DNA of 62,885 nt, filler included, from Sluysia triapertura (lineage: Eukaryota): assembly GCA_046118255.1 (NCBI GenBank). It is 5 parts of 5 records of this genome, joined end to end, with 100 filler letters (N's around TTAATTAATTAA, not from the genome) between each part and the next. Parts side by side here need not be neighbours in the genome. Positions count along the whole stretch, not along the records: positions 39,321 to 50,836 come from JBJNIA010183890.1; positions 50,937 to 62,885 come from JBJNIA010153715.1; 3 more parts are not named here. One strand, 5' to 3'. Below, piece after piece: positions 41,237 through 53,754 of this stretch. The first letter of the stretch is position 1. Every line of letters begins with the position of its first letter. A program made the position numbers and the translations under genes. The notes under the pieces were generated by a model, which was not told the DNA's origin, did no database searches, and saw only the letters and a program-made list of their open reading frames with translations.

Positions 41237-41829
41237 TTTAATTTAAAAGCTGATCATAAAACAATTATTTAATTATTGAGTTAAATTTATAAAAATTATT
41301 AATGTCAACACATTTTATTTTTAGTGTTTAATAGATTGCTTTTAATTGTCAGCCGTAATTATCACTGGCTGTTCACCCAGAAAGAAAGACACAGTAAAAT
41401 TAGCTACTAGCTAAAATAATGTTATTTTACGGACAATTAAGATAGTGGTAGAAACAACTAAATGATAATTTTTAATTAAAAATAATGATTATAATAATTG
41501 TAGTAATAATAACAAATAATAATGATAATAAAAATGACTGAAATAATAATAATTGTAACAGTAGATAAAACAAGATAATGCATAAATCTCTTTAATGCAT
41601 TGAACACGAACTTCCTTTTATGTAATCTGTTTTTCTAGATATTAAAATGTATAAAAGAAACCTGATTTAATAGTTACTGAGATATATAATGTGGCGAGGA
41701 TTGATGGAAGAATGAAGAAAATAATACGAAATTAAAGATGTTAAGGAAGTGGTAATTTGATTGCAATGTCTAAAATGATTTCAGAGTATTAATTTAATGT
41801 CTTCAATGGTATTAGAGATTGTAAACTTG

Positions 41830-42290
41830 AATTGTTATGAATTAAATTTTAAGACGTATATTTGATAATTTGAGATGTAATTGTGATTCAAATGTTATAA
41901 GATAATGAATGAAATGTTTTAAATGTGATTTGATGGTTTTAACCGAAGGTACTGTTTGGATGTTGAGAACTTATGAAGTTAAGTGTTTTGAGATATAAAA
42001 AAATGATTTTAGTGGATCTGAAAGAAATATAATATAAAAGGTTTGGATGAAAATAGTTAAAGTGTCGTGAAATGTTTTAAATTTAAATTAAATGAATTAA
42101 ATTTAAAATATCTCAATTAATTTTTAAAGTAATTCTTCGATGATTTTCAATGTTGGGTATGATATTGATGCTATGGAATTTGATGTCTAAAGTGTTTGAA
42201 AATAGAAAAAGAATTGTGAAATGTTGCGAAGGGTGATTTTGTTGTGTAGTGATGAAATAAAATTTATAAGGTGATAGATTGGTCACCAAA
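41830..42290 (-). repeat. Repeat family A copy (G/T-rich on + strand)
   Basis: Aligns by eye with 49990-50400 and 58190-58476 (e.g. TGATGGTTTT.AC.GAAG, AAGTGTTTTGAG.TAT.AAAAA, GTGGATCT.AAAGAAAT). Confidence 0.7.
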
Positions 42291-44820
42291 GCATTTTACA
42301 TCATATTTCTGCAAATCCATTAAAGCCTTTTTACTTTTCAAAACATTTTAAATTCGTAAACCCATAACATCAAAACTATACTTATGTTTAAATAATTAAT
42401 GTACCTTTTAAATTTCATGTAAAACATTTTAACTCAGAATTTCACAACATTAGAGTCACAATTTACATTTTGAATTATCAGAGATACATTCTGAATTATT
42501 CAAAAACATCTTATGTCCAAAATCCTTAACATCATTTAACCTTTAATATCACCGAAATACACCAAATTCACATTTCAAAATCATCTTAAAACATTTTAAT
42601 CAAATCGTAAACATTTTTAGTTAAGATGATACACATATCTTTTAAGAAAATCAATAAGATCCAAATAATTTTATATAAAGCATTTAAGATTGTAAAAGAA
42701 TTTTTTATTTAATTTATGTATAAAAGAATTAAAGATTATGCAATAAAGGCCATCATCATTATTATTACTATTATTTTTATTCTAATTTATTATTATTTGT
42801 ATGCACTTTATTTTTATTAATTATTATTGTGGCTAATAAATACACACGCAAATAGTTCGCAATTTGAGAGTTATTTTAAAAAGCAAAGTAGAAAAAGGAG
42901 CAGACGGTAGTCGTTTAAAACGTTAAACGTTCGCAATAGTTTTTAGCATACTTATTAAATAAAAATGAATAAAATATCGAGCAAAGTTATGTGTATTAAC
43001 CATGATGCAAAGGAAAATGTGATAACAGCTGAAGACGTTCAAGTTAAAAAATCTCCATTAGTAATATGATTATTTATGGATAAGCACCGATCACAACAAA
43101 TACCTGGTCATGTTCGACTCCATGTATGTACGAATTAGAATTAAATGGTAAAAAGTTTACGTTTGATATTTATGATATATTCGATAATGAACATCCACAA
43201 TGTATGCTTACCTTGTATTGCTATCAGTGTTCGATCTGACACGAAAATTTAAATACAAAATTTTAGATAATTCTTGTAATGTATTAAAACTTTATGTTTT
43301 TGTTATATCTAATACGCGAGTAGTCAATAAAATTTGCAAAAGCGTTAATTTCGGATTGGAATTTGATGATCAACTTATGTCAAAAACTAAACTTAGTCAA
43401 TCCAATGAATCAGTTCGCCATCACCATGCAATCAATATTCATTTATGTCTATAATTTTACATCAATTATACTTCATTTAATATTTTTATAAATTTTATTT
43501 TAAATTTAATATACATCAATTTTTAAATATTTTAATTTAATATTAATAATAATAATATTAATAACAAAATGCAAACCTGGATGATGATGAGCATAAATTT
43601 AAATAAATTTCCAATAATTTCGTAATTTAAAGTTTTAAATAAATTTCCAATTAATAAATTTTCAAATTTCCAATAATTTAAATAAATTTTCAAAATAATT
43701 CTTAAATTTGTAATTTTTTCAAAATAATTAAATATATTAATTGATGTTAATGTGTTTATACTTTATACTATGAATGCGTTATATGAATGCTTATTCTTAT
43801 TCTATGAATGCTTTATTTACATAATTAATAATAATTTTAATAATTTTTAGCAATATTTATAATTTTAACCAAAACATAAAATATAAAATATAAAATATAA
43901 AATACACATAAATTATAGATAATTTTATTTACAACTTTTACAAATAGAAATATTAATTTACAAATAGACAATGATAAATATTTTCATTTACATAAAATGG
44001 GACGCCAGATATTTGAAGGAATCAAAATGTTCACTATTAGACTATTATCATTCGAAATAATTATTTATTTACATTCTATTTGAACTAATTAAAAATAAAA
44101 GGAGTATATAAACATTCATCATTTAACAAGTTAAATAGATTCGAAATTAAATCTAATAAATCTTCTTTTCATACTTATGAATTAGAAATTATTTGAATAC
44201 CTATACATACCCATACATATACATATATACATGTTCAGTTGAAATAGAACTTATATATCTCTCTTTGATGATTCTTTTACATTTTCACTTAAGGTTTTGA
44301 TGCATATTCAACATCATGACAATGTACATATTCATTGCATTTATGAATTAGCTCGCATAATAAGATTAAACACGATTTATCAAAATGTCTATCACCAAAA
44401 CAATCAAATGTCACCATTCCATGACTAATGATTATTTAAACAAATGGTATTAATTCGAAAGAAAAGAAAAATATAAACAGTATACATAATTCACGAAAAG
44501 AGAATGTGGAAATGGTCCAACCAGTGATGCTAAAGCGGATGAGGGAGGATGAAACTAATTATGATACAAATACGATGGATTATAATAATTTATTTGTTAA
44601 TGGTTTTATTTTTGATTTTATGGTTTGTGTTATATGAGATGAGGTTACGAATTTTATTGGGTGATTTTTATATAAATTTGTGATTGTACGTGGTAACAAA
44701 AGTATAGTACATGACTGGGACACCACAACGATAATCAACAAAGTTTATATTAACGCATCAATAATAAAATTTAACGATAATTTCTAACGATACATAGTTA
44801 GATTCTGGTATTCATTGTAC

Positions 44821-45370
44821 TGCCGTGGTTTTCTTAAAGCTAAACCTACGACAAAATGGAATTTGAGCCGGATTCAGTTACAGTAAACGTCTTACAAGTA
44901 TAGTAAGCGTTCCTGTGATCTTAAAGTTAAAACTATTGCTATATTCACTTAAAAATTACGTTTAGCACATTCCTAACTTAATGAATTTTTAAGAGGGTCT
45001 TTAAATATCACAATAGAAAAAAATCAATCAATTTTAACTGTATTAAACTAAATGTAGGACTAAAAATAAAAATAAAGTTTAAAGAACAAAACTTTAAATG
45101 TTATTATAAGATTAAAAACCTTTTGGGATCTTTAATCCACTTCAGTTGAAAGTTTCCCATCAATATATCGGGGTTCTTACAATACAGTAAAAACCACATT
45201 AAAATAAAATAATTTATCATTTCATGGAAAAGATGAAACTGGAACAAAAAAGGAGATATTTTTTGTAATGTTTTACTATGAATCCACTTGATTAAATATT
45301 CCAATCTTTGTAGAAGCTGAACTAACAGAACGATGGATAAAGTGACGACTAACAAGTTCAAAATGGCGCA
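44821..45370 (-). mobile_element. LTR family B, 3' portion, fused to the gypsy pol remnant
   Basis: 44821-45180 is clearly similar to 30627-31000 (TGC(C/T)GTGGTTTTC.TTAA.GCTAAA.CTACGACAAAAT...GTTACAGTAA.CGTCTT). Confidence 0.7.
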
Positions 45371-46960
45371 GACTACTAATAAATGTGGTAAAATAATTCA
45401 TTTTACCTTCATTCAGGCGGTGACTTGCTTAAGCTATAACTGCTTCGAGCTTGCCTTTATGCCCTAAAATTGCTCCGATAGTGTTATTACTTGCATCTGT
45501 TGTTAGTATGAAAATTATTATTAACATCCGGGAAGAGTAATACGGATCCGTAGTTAGTTTTTCCTTTAAATATGCAAAAGCAATTGCCTATTCCTCTGAC
45601 CATTTAAATTCAGCATCGTTTTGGTAAATTTTTTTAATGGCTGTGATTTTTTTAAATTCCTTTATGAATTTTATATAATAATTTGTACCACTTCTACATC
45701 TGGTTATGGAATTTAACTACTTTTTCGAAGTTGCTAGGATTCGGTTTAATGCAACCTTTTGATTTGTTCTTCTGTCCAAACACACTTTAATTTTTTATAT
45801 TTTTAAAATATTTTCAATGCGTTGCGAAATCTCTTGAAAAAAATTATACCAAAACATTTTTACATCATGATAAAACGAAGTTCATATATATTCATATAAT
45901 TCATCACCATATGTAAAAGCTGTTTTATGTTACTCTTTTTCTGAAATTTCTATCTGGCAATCTGCATTGCGCAAATTGCGAGTTGCAAAGTGTGTGGCGT
46001 TTTCCAACGTGTCCGACATTTGTCTATTCTAGGCAACGAGAAAATGTCTTTTCTAATTCCCTAAAATCTAAACAAAACCATATTCTCCGTCTTTTATCTT
46101 TACTGATAATATTGGTAATGAAAATGGAGAGAAGCGTGGTCTTATTATCACAATCTGATCTTGCATTTCCTTTTGATTACATATTGGAATCCTACATGGT
46201 TTCTTGAAGAAGAATGTATTCTTTGTCAATGGTATTTCATGTTTAATTATCATTTATTTTTGCTATTGCTCTTGGATACTTGTAAATAACACCATATAAT
46301 TGTTCTTTTGCCTCTCTGTTAAGTTCTTTGTAATTTGAATTTCTCCGTAGTATATTTCCTATTTTATGGTTTTATTTTTAGGTTTATTTGCAATAGTAAT
46401 TATTAATAGCCTCTATTAATATTTTTTAATACGTGTCTCTACTTTGTACTTAGTAATTCTTCTAAATTTAGTACCTGCGCATAATTATCGTTGGTTTAGT
46501 TTATTAATTTAATTTCCATCACAAATATAAGAAATTGAAATACATATCAATATCTCCATGTTTCTTGATTATACACATAATGTGACTTGTTTGCAGACTC
46601 TTCGAGCTTCTACTTAGTAAACAAAGGCTCATCCAAGAATATATCATCATCATCATCTAGTGTTCTTCTAGATGACTTTCCATTAACCTATACTTATCGA
46701 ATTCTAATGTTGCGATAAAATTTCAATACCTATTATCTTTTCTTCGGGACATAACCCACAGTGGGCTTTCATTATACCAATTATATGTATGGCATCTCTT
46801 GTGACACCTCCTAAATGAGATAAATGATCAGTTATCAGTTAAAAAAATCGCATTAATTAAAGAAGCCACTGCTTCTGTGCTTATTAATGCGGAGATTAAT
46901 CTACCATTTATTTCAATGTTAACCATTGGTTTTTTTGCGCCGTTATAGTTATTATGGATA
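45371..46960 (-). mobile_element. Ty3/gypsy LTR retrotransposon pol remnant (protease-RT-RNase H)
   Basis: In order: protease-like VNIEINGRLISALISTEA (~46870-46925), RT CFDFRELEK...QIEISEKE*HKTAFTYGDELYEY (~45890-46080), connection FKWSEE*AIAFAYLKEKLTTDP, and RNase H FILTTDASNNTIGAILGHKGKLEAVIA*ASHRLNEGKMNY. Many stops and frameshifts. Confidence 0.85.
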
Positions 46961-47954
46961 CATATTTTCATGTAAACTGCATTAAGTAGTGGTGACTTTC
47001 CTTAAGGTCTTTGTTTTATTTTTATTATTTTGTATTGTTTGTAGAACTATAACTTCAGTTTTCTTCAAAACATTTATTTAAGAATTCGCATAATGTGAAA
47101 GGTATTTCGCTAAGACTGGAAACATCCGATTATTAATTTCCAAGTGAAACCTGAAATCATATAAATTTCTAAACTGAAAACATTTGAGACATAATAAATT
47201 CGATTACCTTAATTGTTATATAAATATCTATTAATCCTAAAAAAATTTGTCTTAAAATTATTTTAAGACAAATTATTTCCACATTTATTTTAATGTATTT
47301 TGGACTGTCTTTTTAAAGTGATTGGTTACAAATAATAATTCAAAATTTATTTGACCATCTTGTCCTACAATTGCTTTATTTACTATATCAGTCAATACTT
47401 TTGATCATTTAAGGGAAACAAAATTTTTTCCCTTGCATCCTGAATATTTTCATTTGCATGGAAACCAGAATGTAGAATATAATTTGTTGCAAGAAATTTT
47501 AGTTTATTTTCCAACTTCAGGTGTCTTAACCTGACTCCGATGTGGTAAAGAAATCCATAAATTATCATTAATTATATATTCCAGTGCCATTTGTGGTAAT
47601 ATATTTGTTACGAATTGTATTAAATTTTAATTTGAAATTATGAATATAGGAAAATCTATTAACAGAATTAATTTATTTAGATTTAACAATATTAGAGAAC
47701 TTTAAAAACAAATAGTGTAATCGTAGTTTACTATGCCAATATCGACCTTATTAAATATGAAATAAATATAAAAATAAACACCACATTGATTTATTTTATT
47801 TAAATTTTTGAATTCATTAGTTAATTTTTTATATAATTAATGCATTTTCTGAGTATATCTCGACGTGATTAAGATTGGGATTCTAGAAAAAAATAAAAAA
47901 TAAATATACAATTCGATTCATATAGAAATAAATTAAATTAAATTTCAGAATTAC

Positions 47955-48881
47955 CTTTAAGTTTTCTTTGTTCGTCGAATCTAATGATGTTGATGCCAAG
48001 TTTGATAATAAACTGAATCTACTATGGTAATCACTGAAGTTCGATGTCAAACCATATGTATCTATGATTTCTGATGACCGTATACAATTTCTCTCATACC
48101 GAAAACATTCGCCATTCTGCGTTATTCCACATAAACATGTTTTAATATTTGTCTTGATTGGCATAAGACTGTAACGTTGTATGAGAAAATGTGATGTTAC
48201 TATAGCAAAGTTTCAAAAGGCCAATCCGTGATTTTACTTTTGATTTGTTTTTTATTAATGATATTGTTTTATTTGTGATCATTACGAGTCGACATCTATT
48301 GCATTAGACACAACTAATTTATGAATTGTTACAAATATACTAATAGAGACATCTATAATTTGAAGTACTAACATGGTTCGAATCAAATTGTTATTAACAT
48401 GTTGTACATCTTGCTTATCTACTAATCTGCAAGTATTAATATTAAAAAGTACAAATTTCTTAATAGGCAATGCTTTTAGTTCACTTTCTAAACAATGACA
48501 ATATCTCATGTTCAATGATGATATTAAATAATAGACAAGATTACAATCACTATCAGTTGAATGAGTACTCATTGAATTATAAGTTATAATCTTGAATAGA
48601 TAATTTTTATAATGATCATTATTGATATCAATTTTTGTTTGTATCCAATTCGTAGCATCATTTAACAAAGCGAAATAACAATTTCTTTTAATCAATAATT
48701 CGTTACAAAATTTGTTAGATTCATCGTCCAAATTATTATCTTTTACTTGCTGAATATTGATGGAACAGACAACATAACCAATTTTGAGATTATTATTTTT
48801 ATCAAAGTTGAATACTAAATTTATATCAAAATATTTAAATAACATATACAACTGGAAAGTAAATGTATTTTCTATATTCAT
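47955..48881 (-). CDS. Hypothetical protein (199-aa ORF plus a probable downstream exon)
   Basis: A 600-nt open frame is unlikely by chance at this AT content. A further frame 48164-47955 ends at a gtaatt donor. No domain recognised. Confidence 0.35.
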
Positions 48882-49839
48882 TATTGAACATCAATGATCA
48901 TAAGAATTATATTTAAATGAACAATGTTACTTTAAGTATCTGATTGTTTTAGAGAAGATTAATTATAAATAATTCTCTCGATTTTTTTATTACGTTTCTT
49001 CGTAAATCAGTTTTTGTTACTTTATTTTTTTGTCTCGTGAAATTATAAACAGCGATAACAATGACACTCTTAATATTCTGCTGAAAAAAGGAATAAGACG
49101 AGGATGTGATGTAAATGTATTCTATTAGATAAAAAACGTATTGCATAGTATTTATATTGTTTCTGTTATTTCATGGGATGTTTGAGTTAATATCCAAAAG
49201 AAATTGTTCATAAATTTTTATTATATAAATTTTAAAATACAATTTATCGATTGTAGGCCAATGGTATAGTAGTAACAAAATATTGATATATAATTAACTG
49301 TCATCAGTCGACAGTTAATAAGACAACACAACAATGATTTTAAATACCAGGTCAAATACTGAAAAGTACAAATAATTATGAGGGTAATGATTAAAATTTT
49401 GTAGTTCAGAATATTAATTAATAAAAATAATGATGATAATAAATAATATTAAATAATAATAATTATAATAAAATAATAATAAAATCATAATGAAAATTAA
49501 ACATATAAATCCTTTCTTTGTTTGTTACACGAACCTTCTATAATTTTATTGTTGTTTCTTGACATAATCTAAATAAAATTCCTTTAAAATCTTGATAATT
49601 TTAACTTATGAAATTTCTTTTAGTTTAAATATAAATGAATAAGATTACATAAATTATGTTCTTTTTATCTTTATTTTTTTAGAGTTTTCTAAATAAAATT
49701 ATAGATTTCTTTTAGCTTTCGACTATGACAACGGTTCATCTACTTCTCTAAATAATTTTGTAATAGTAGTTTTGATTCTCATTTCCTTTGAAAAAGAATT
49801 TGTTAGTGATTCCAAAGATAAGATAATGTTTGAAAGAAA

Positions 49840-50407
49840 TGATTGACAACTAAAATGTTTAAGGAATGTTATTTTGATTACAACGTCTACAATGGTTTAA
49901 AAGTGTTAATTTAATGTTTTTTTTACTAGTGACGAGTGTTAAGAGATTGTGAAATTGAAGAGTTTTAGATTAATATTGGAATAGACATTTAATGACTTAA
50001 AATATAATTGTGGTTCTAATGCTATAAAATAGTGACTAAATGTTTTAAAAGTGTTTTCCAATGTAGACTGATGGTTTTGACTGAAGATAAAGTTTGGATG
50101 TTGAATGCTTGTGACTTTAAAGTGTTTTGAGGTATGAAAAATTATTTTGGTGGATCTAGAAAAAATAAAATATAGTAAAGGTTTTGATAATAAAATTGGT
50201 AAAGTGTTATGAAATGTGGTTTTGTGTGTGATATGTTAAATTAAATTTGAAATGTTTTGAATTAATTTTTTAAAGTAAATCTTTGATGGTTTTCGATGTT
50301 GAGTATGATCTTTATGTTTAAAGTGTTTGAAAGTATCAAGAATTATGAAATGTTGTTATGTCATGATAAATTAAAATTTGTTAAAGTAATAGGTTGGCCA
50401 CCATACA
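49840..50407 (-). repeat. Repeat family A copy (probable LTR)
   Basis: Minus-strand start TGTATGGTGGCCAACC; homologous to 28087-28242 and 41830-42290. Confidence 0.7.
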
Positions 50408-50622
50408 AATACATTTGAACAATGTATGGTTTAGGTTTCACTTTGTTGCTTGTTAATATTACGCATGTTACTCGTTTTAAGAATGTTTGAATCTTGCCAC
50501 ATAACAGTGGTAATTCATTTGTACATCCTGCCTCTGGGCTTATTTGTACCTCTATTATTTTACATTTACTTATATGTAGAACTTCTCCCATTAATCTACC
50601 AAATATTTCTTCTTCTAATGGT
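50408..50622 (-). pseudogene. Fragment of a chuvirus-like / retroelement env-type (class III-like) glycoprotein
   Basis: EEEIFGRLMGEVLHISKCKIIEVQISPEAGCTNELPLLCGKIQTFLKRVTCVILTSNKVKPKPYIVQMY resembles the G.FG...GEV....KC...EV......C..ELP.......F..P.T..L.......C....P.MY segment of chuviral G-like proteins. Confidence 0.6.
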
Positions 50623-50836
50623 TGTAGTGGTCAACCCTATAATGCAAAATCAAAATAAATCTTATTTAAATAACCTTACTCACAACCATACTTTTCAACC
50701 ATAAACACTACATAATCATCTCATAAAACAACAATACACAATTATAACACTCCACCAACCTACATTCAACAACAAATCAATCCATATCTCAAACATTTCC
50801 AACTCAATAAATTCATAACATCCACTCATTAAACAC
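50623..50836 (+). repeat. Repeat family A-like copy (C/A-rich), running into the spacer
   Basis: Starts TGTAGTGGTCAACC; strong C/A skew like the other family A sense strands. Confidence 0.5.
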
Positions 50837-50936
50837 NNNNNNNNNNNNNNNNNNNNNNNNNNNNNNNNNNNNNNNNNNNNTTAATTAATTAANNNNNNNN
50901 NNNNNNNNNNNNNNNNNNNNNNNNNNNNNNNNNNNN
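50837..50936. other. Artificial scaffold-concatenation spacer
   Basis: N-run + TTAATTAATTAA + N-run, 100 bp. Confidence 0.95.
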
Positions 50937-51489
50937 GAAGTAAAATTGAGCAATTTATTAATATTAATTTTAGTTTTCTTTAAAATGTTTAAGTTTATAT
51001 AATTATTTTTGTTTTGTATTTGGAATTTTATAAATTTTCGGATACAAGCTAAAATATCGAATTGTGAAGATATTTGAAGTTCGCAATTGTTCAGAGAAGT
51101 GTTAAAGATATGAAAAAGTTTTGCAAAATTAAATGAAGATGTTCGTTAATATATCTAAAGACTTAATGTTAAATCAACACAATAACAATTATTCAAGAAA
51201 TAATAATCTATTATTTGTCTCGAACAGACACTACAATTTGTCACTCATCTCCACTTTATCCTTCACTTCTTGATCGTATTGTGACTGTTTACATTAATAC
51301 CTTTTGTAATGTTTTCAAATGTCTTATTATTTTGAATGCTTCATTATTATCAAATCAAATTACAAATATGGATATCTAGTTTTATACAATAAAAATAAAC
51401 TCGACATTAGTATAATTTTGAATGTTTTACTGAAATAATATTTATATACTTTTTTCACATTTCTTCTAAATGTTTGCAAAATGATAAAA

Positions 51490-52047
51490 TTATTTGTAAA
51501 TACAAAAGTCAAACTTTGCTGCACAATCAACATAAGAATTTGTCGAATATTCTTCGAAACAGTTGTTATAAAATCCTCCATAATGATCAATAATAGAACT
51601 TCGAACCAGTTGTAGAAAATTAGGTTCCGATCCTACATAGTAACATAAAGGTTTAAGTTGTAAATTGCAATATCCATCATACATTTTTTTAAATATAACA
51701 GATGCGCAATGCTCTGCATTATCGCTATTATTAGGATCATTAGAATACCAACTATATTCTGTATTGACAACTGAACCATTCACACACATCCAGTTAGATT
51801 TATTACTGTATCTTTCAAACATTAAATCATTTACACCACTCCAAAAATAGTCATTAAATCCAAGTTTATTGAATTGATCTGGACACACCAAAGAACCTTT
51901 ATTTTCAGTACAAAGTCTTTCAGCGTCACAATATTTAACTGTTTGATTGATTATCAAATAGCAAACATTATTCAATAAAGTATACGGACTCGGACAAGCT
52001 TCTACAACTAATAATTTTAGTAGAATTATTAGTATAATAAACAACAT
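51490..52047 (-). CDS. Secreted C-type lectin domain protein (possible C-terminal PAN/apple-like segment)
   Basis: Signal peptide MLFIILIILLKLLVVEA. CTLD: CPSPYTLLNNVCY...AERLC...GSLV...FWSGVND...W...DPNN...EHCA...MYDGYC...PLC. Then CFEEYSTNSYVDCAAK. A 49-nt GT..AG intron after CAAK could extend the CDS to 51360. Confidence 0.88.
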   Translation of the reverse strand: MLFIILIILLKLLVVEACPSPYTLLNNVCYLIINQTVKYCDAERLCTENKGSLVCPDQFNKLGFNDYFWSGVNDLMFERYSNKSNWMCVNGSVVNTEYSWYSNDPNNSDNAEHCASVIFKKMYDGYCNLQLKPLCYYVGSEPNFLQLVRSSIIDHYGGFYNNCFEEYSTNSYVDCAAKFDFCIYK

Positions 52048-52530
52048 AGTATTAATATGAATTTTATTAATTTAATATTTTAAAAATATTATCCTAAATA
52101 TATACTATAAAAACATTGCTGGAAAATAGATACTGTCTGTCATTTTCCCATTTTGATTGTATTTTATAATAACCTCAAACAATCACATTTATTTAATTGT
52201 TCAAATTTTAGACAAAGTTATCACAATATTTAACTGTTTGATTGATTATCAAATAACAAACATTCAATAAAGTATACGTACTCGGACAAGCTTCCACAAC
52301 TAATAATTTTAATAGAATTATTAATATAATAAACGACATAGAATTAATGTGAATTTTATTAATTCAATTCTTTTTAATGTATTTACTTTTAAAATATTAT
52401 CATAAATATATGCTATAAAAATAATGCTGGAAAATAGGTACCGTCTGCCATTTTTCCATGTTTCATTGTATTTTATCATAATTTCAAACAATTACGTTTA
52501 TTTAATTGTTCAAATTTTAGACAAAATTAT
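51927..52530. repeat. ~295-bp tandem duplication of the lectin upstream region and first 40 codons
   Basis: 51927-52221 and 52222-52530 are near-identical. The second copy encodes MSFIILIILLKLLVVEACPSTYTLLNVCYLIINQTVKYCDNFV* (ATG at 52339). Confidence 0.9.
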
Positions 52531-53754
52531 TATAATTAAAAAGAAAATTATGTACCAATGATAAATATATAATTTTATAATTGTCTATATCTCTAACTTA
52601 ACATAACAATTTTTAATATTATCTATCAGGAAATTTTGAGAAATTTTGAAATAAATTTAAATTACAATATCGTCATTTTGAACTACTTTCTCTTTTATTT
52701 TTTAAAAGTTCAATGTTAACAAATATTAATAAGTAATATTTAATAAATAATATTGTTAATTTGTTATAACGTAAATTGTGTTTGTATTTATACAGCAAAA
52801 ATAGGGTATATATAGTTATCTATACATCAACCTATAGATAAGTTAATTAATACAAAAGTAAAGTTTATATTAGAGATATTTCGTCGAAAATTAAACTTTG
52901 ATTTTAATTTCGTGCTTCTAAAATAATTTTTGAAAGATCACGACATGCTTGTTGAAAACCAAATCTATAATATAACATGGTCAACTCAAATTAATTTGAG
53001 TATAAAATTACAGGGCCGGTCAATGTACAAACATATTCGTAGGTTAATAATACAAATTCATATAAACTATATAAATAATGAATTTGCATCTAGATTTAAA
53101 TTCAAAATCTCAATAATCCAAGATTTAAAAAATTTAATGATTAATCGGTGTCAGACTTCCAATATTGAGGTTAATTTTAATATATAATGATTAAGTGGTG
53201 ACAAAACTTTATTTTTATGCGAAGGAGTGGTCCAAGTGTTCTACTTACTATTTTTAGACGAACGTTTCGAGTTGGCAGAAAAGGATTGTTTGGTTATGGA
53301 TTTACTGAATCATAATTTATTGTTATTGTTATTGTTGTCTTGTTTCTGTGTTATAAAAGATTGTTTGTTATTAATTTTATGTTTTTCGTGTAATGTTGAA
53401 GTTGCTTTTTTATTATTGTTAATCGAATAAGTGATGACTTTTGAAATGTTATTGTTGTTTTGAGTAGGTTCAACTTGATTTGATGTGATGTTATGAATAA
53501 GTATTGGATCAAATTTTATTGGATTTTGACATTGTACTTTTGTCATAATTAAAACATATTTTATAATGTTAATTTCTCTAATTAATTTCTTCTTTATGCT
53601 GAGTAGTATCGCTTTTATTTTGAAATTGTGAGTGAGAAGGTGTCATATGTGTAGTTTTACATTGGACGGATGATACTAATATGTTTTAATTTTAATTTAA
53701 CTAAAGATGATTTTAATTTTTGAGGGTTACAGATCATTTTGGCGAATATTTAAT

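Noticed and set aside
47340-47610. Alternative genetic code (TGA read-through) suggested by TGA-interrupted frames
   Set aside because: TAA and TAG interruptions also occur in the decayed frames, and intact genes use TGG for Trp; ordinary pseudogenisation is sufficient.
45371-50622. Gypsy pol and the env-like fragment as one enveloped element
   Set aside because: On the minus strand the env fragment lies upstream of pol, which is the wrong order, and it is associated with a different LTR-like family.
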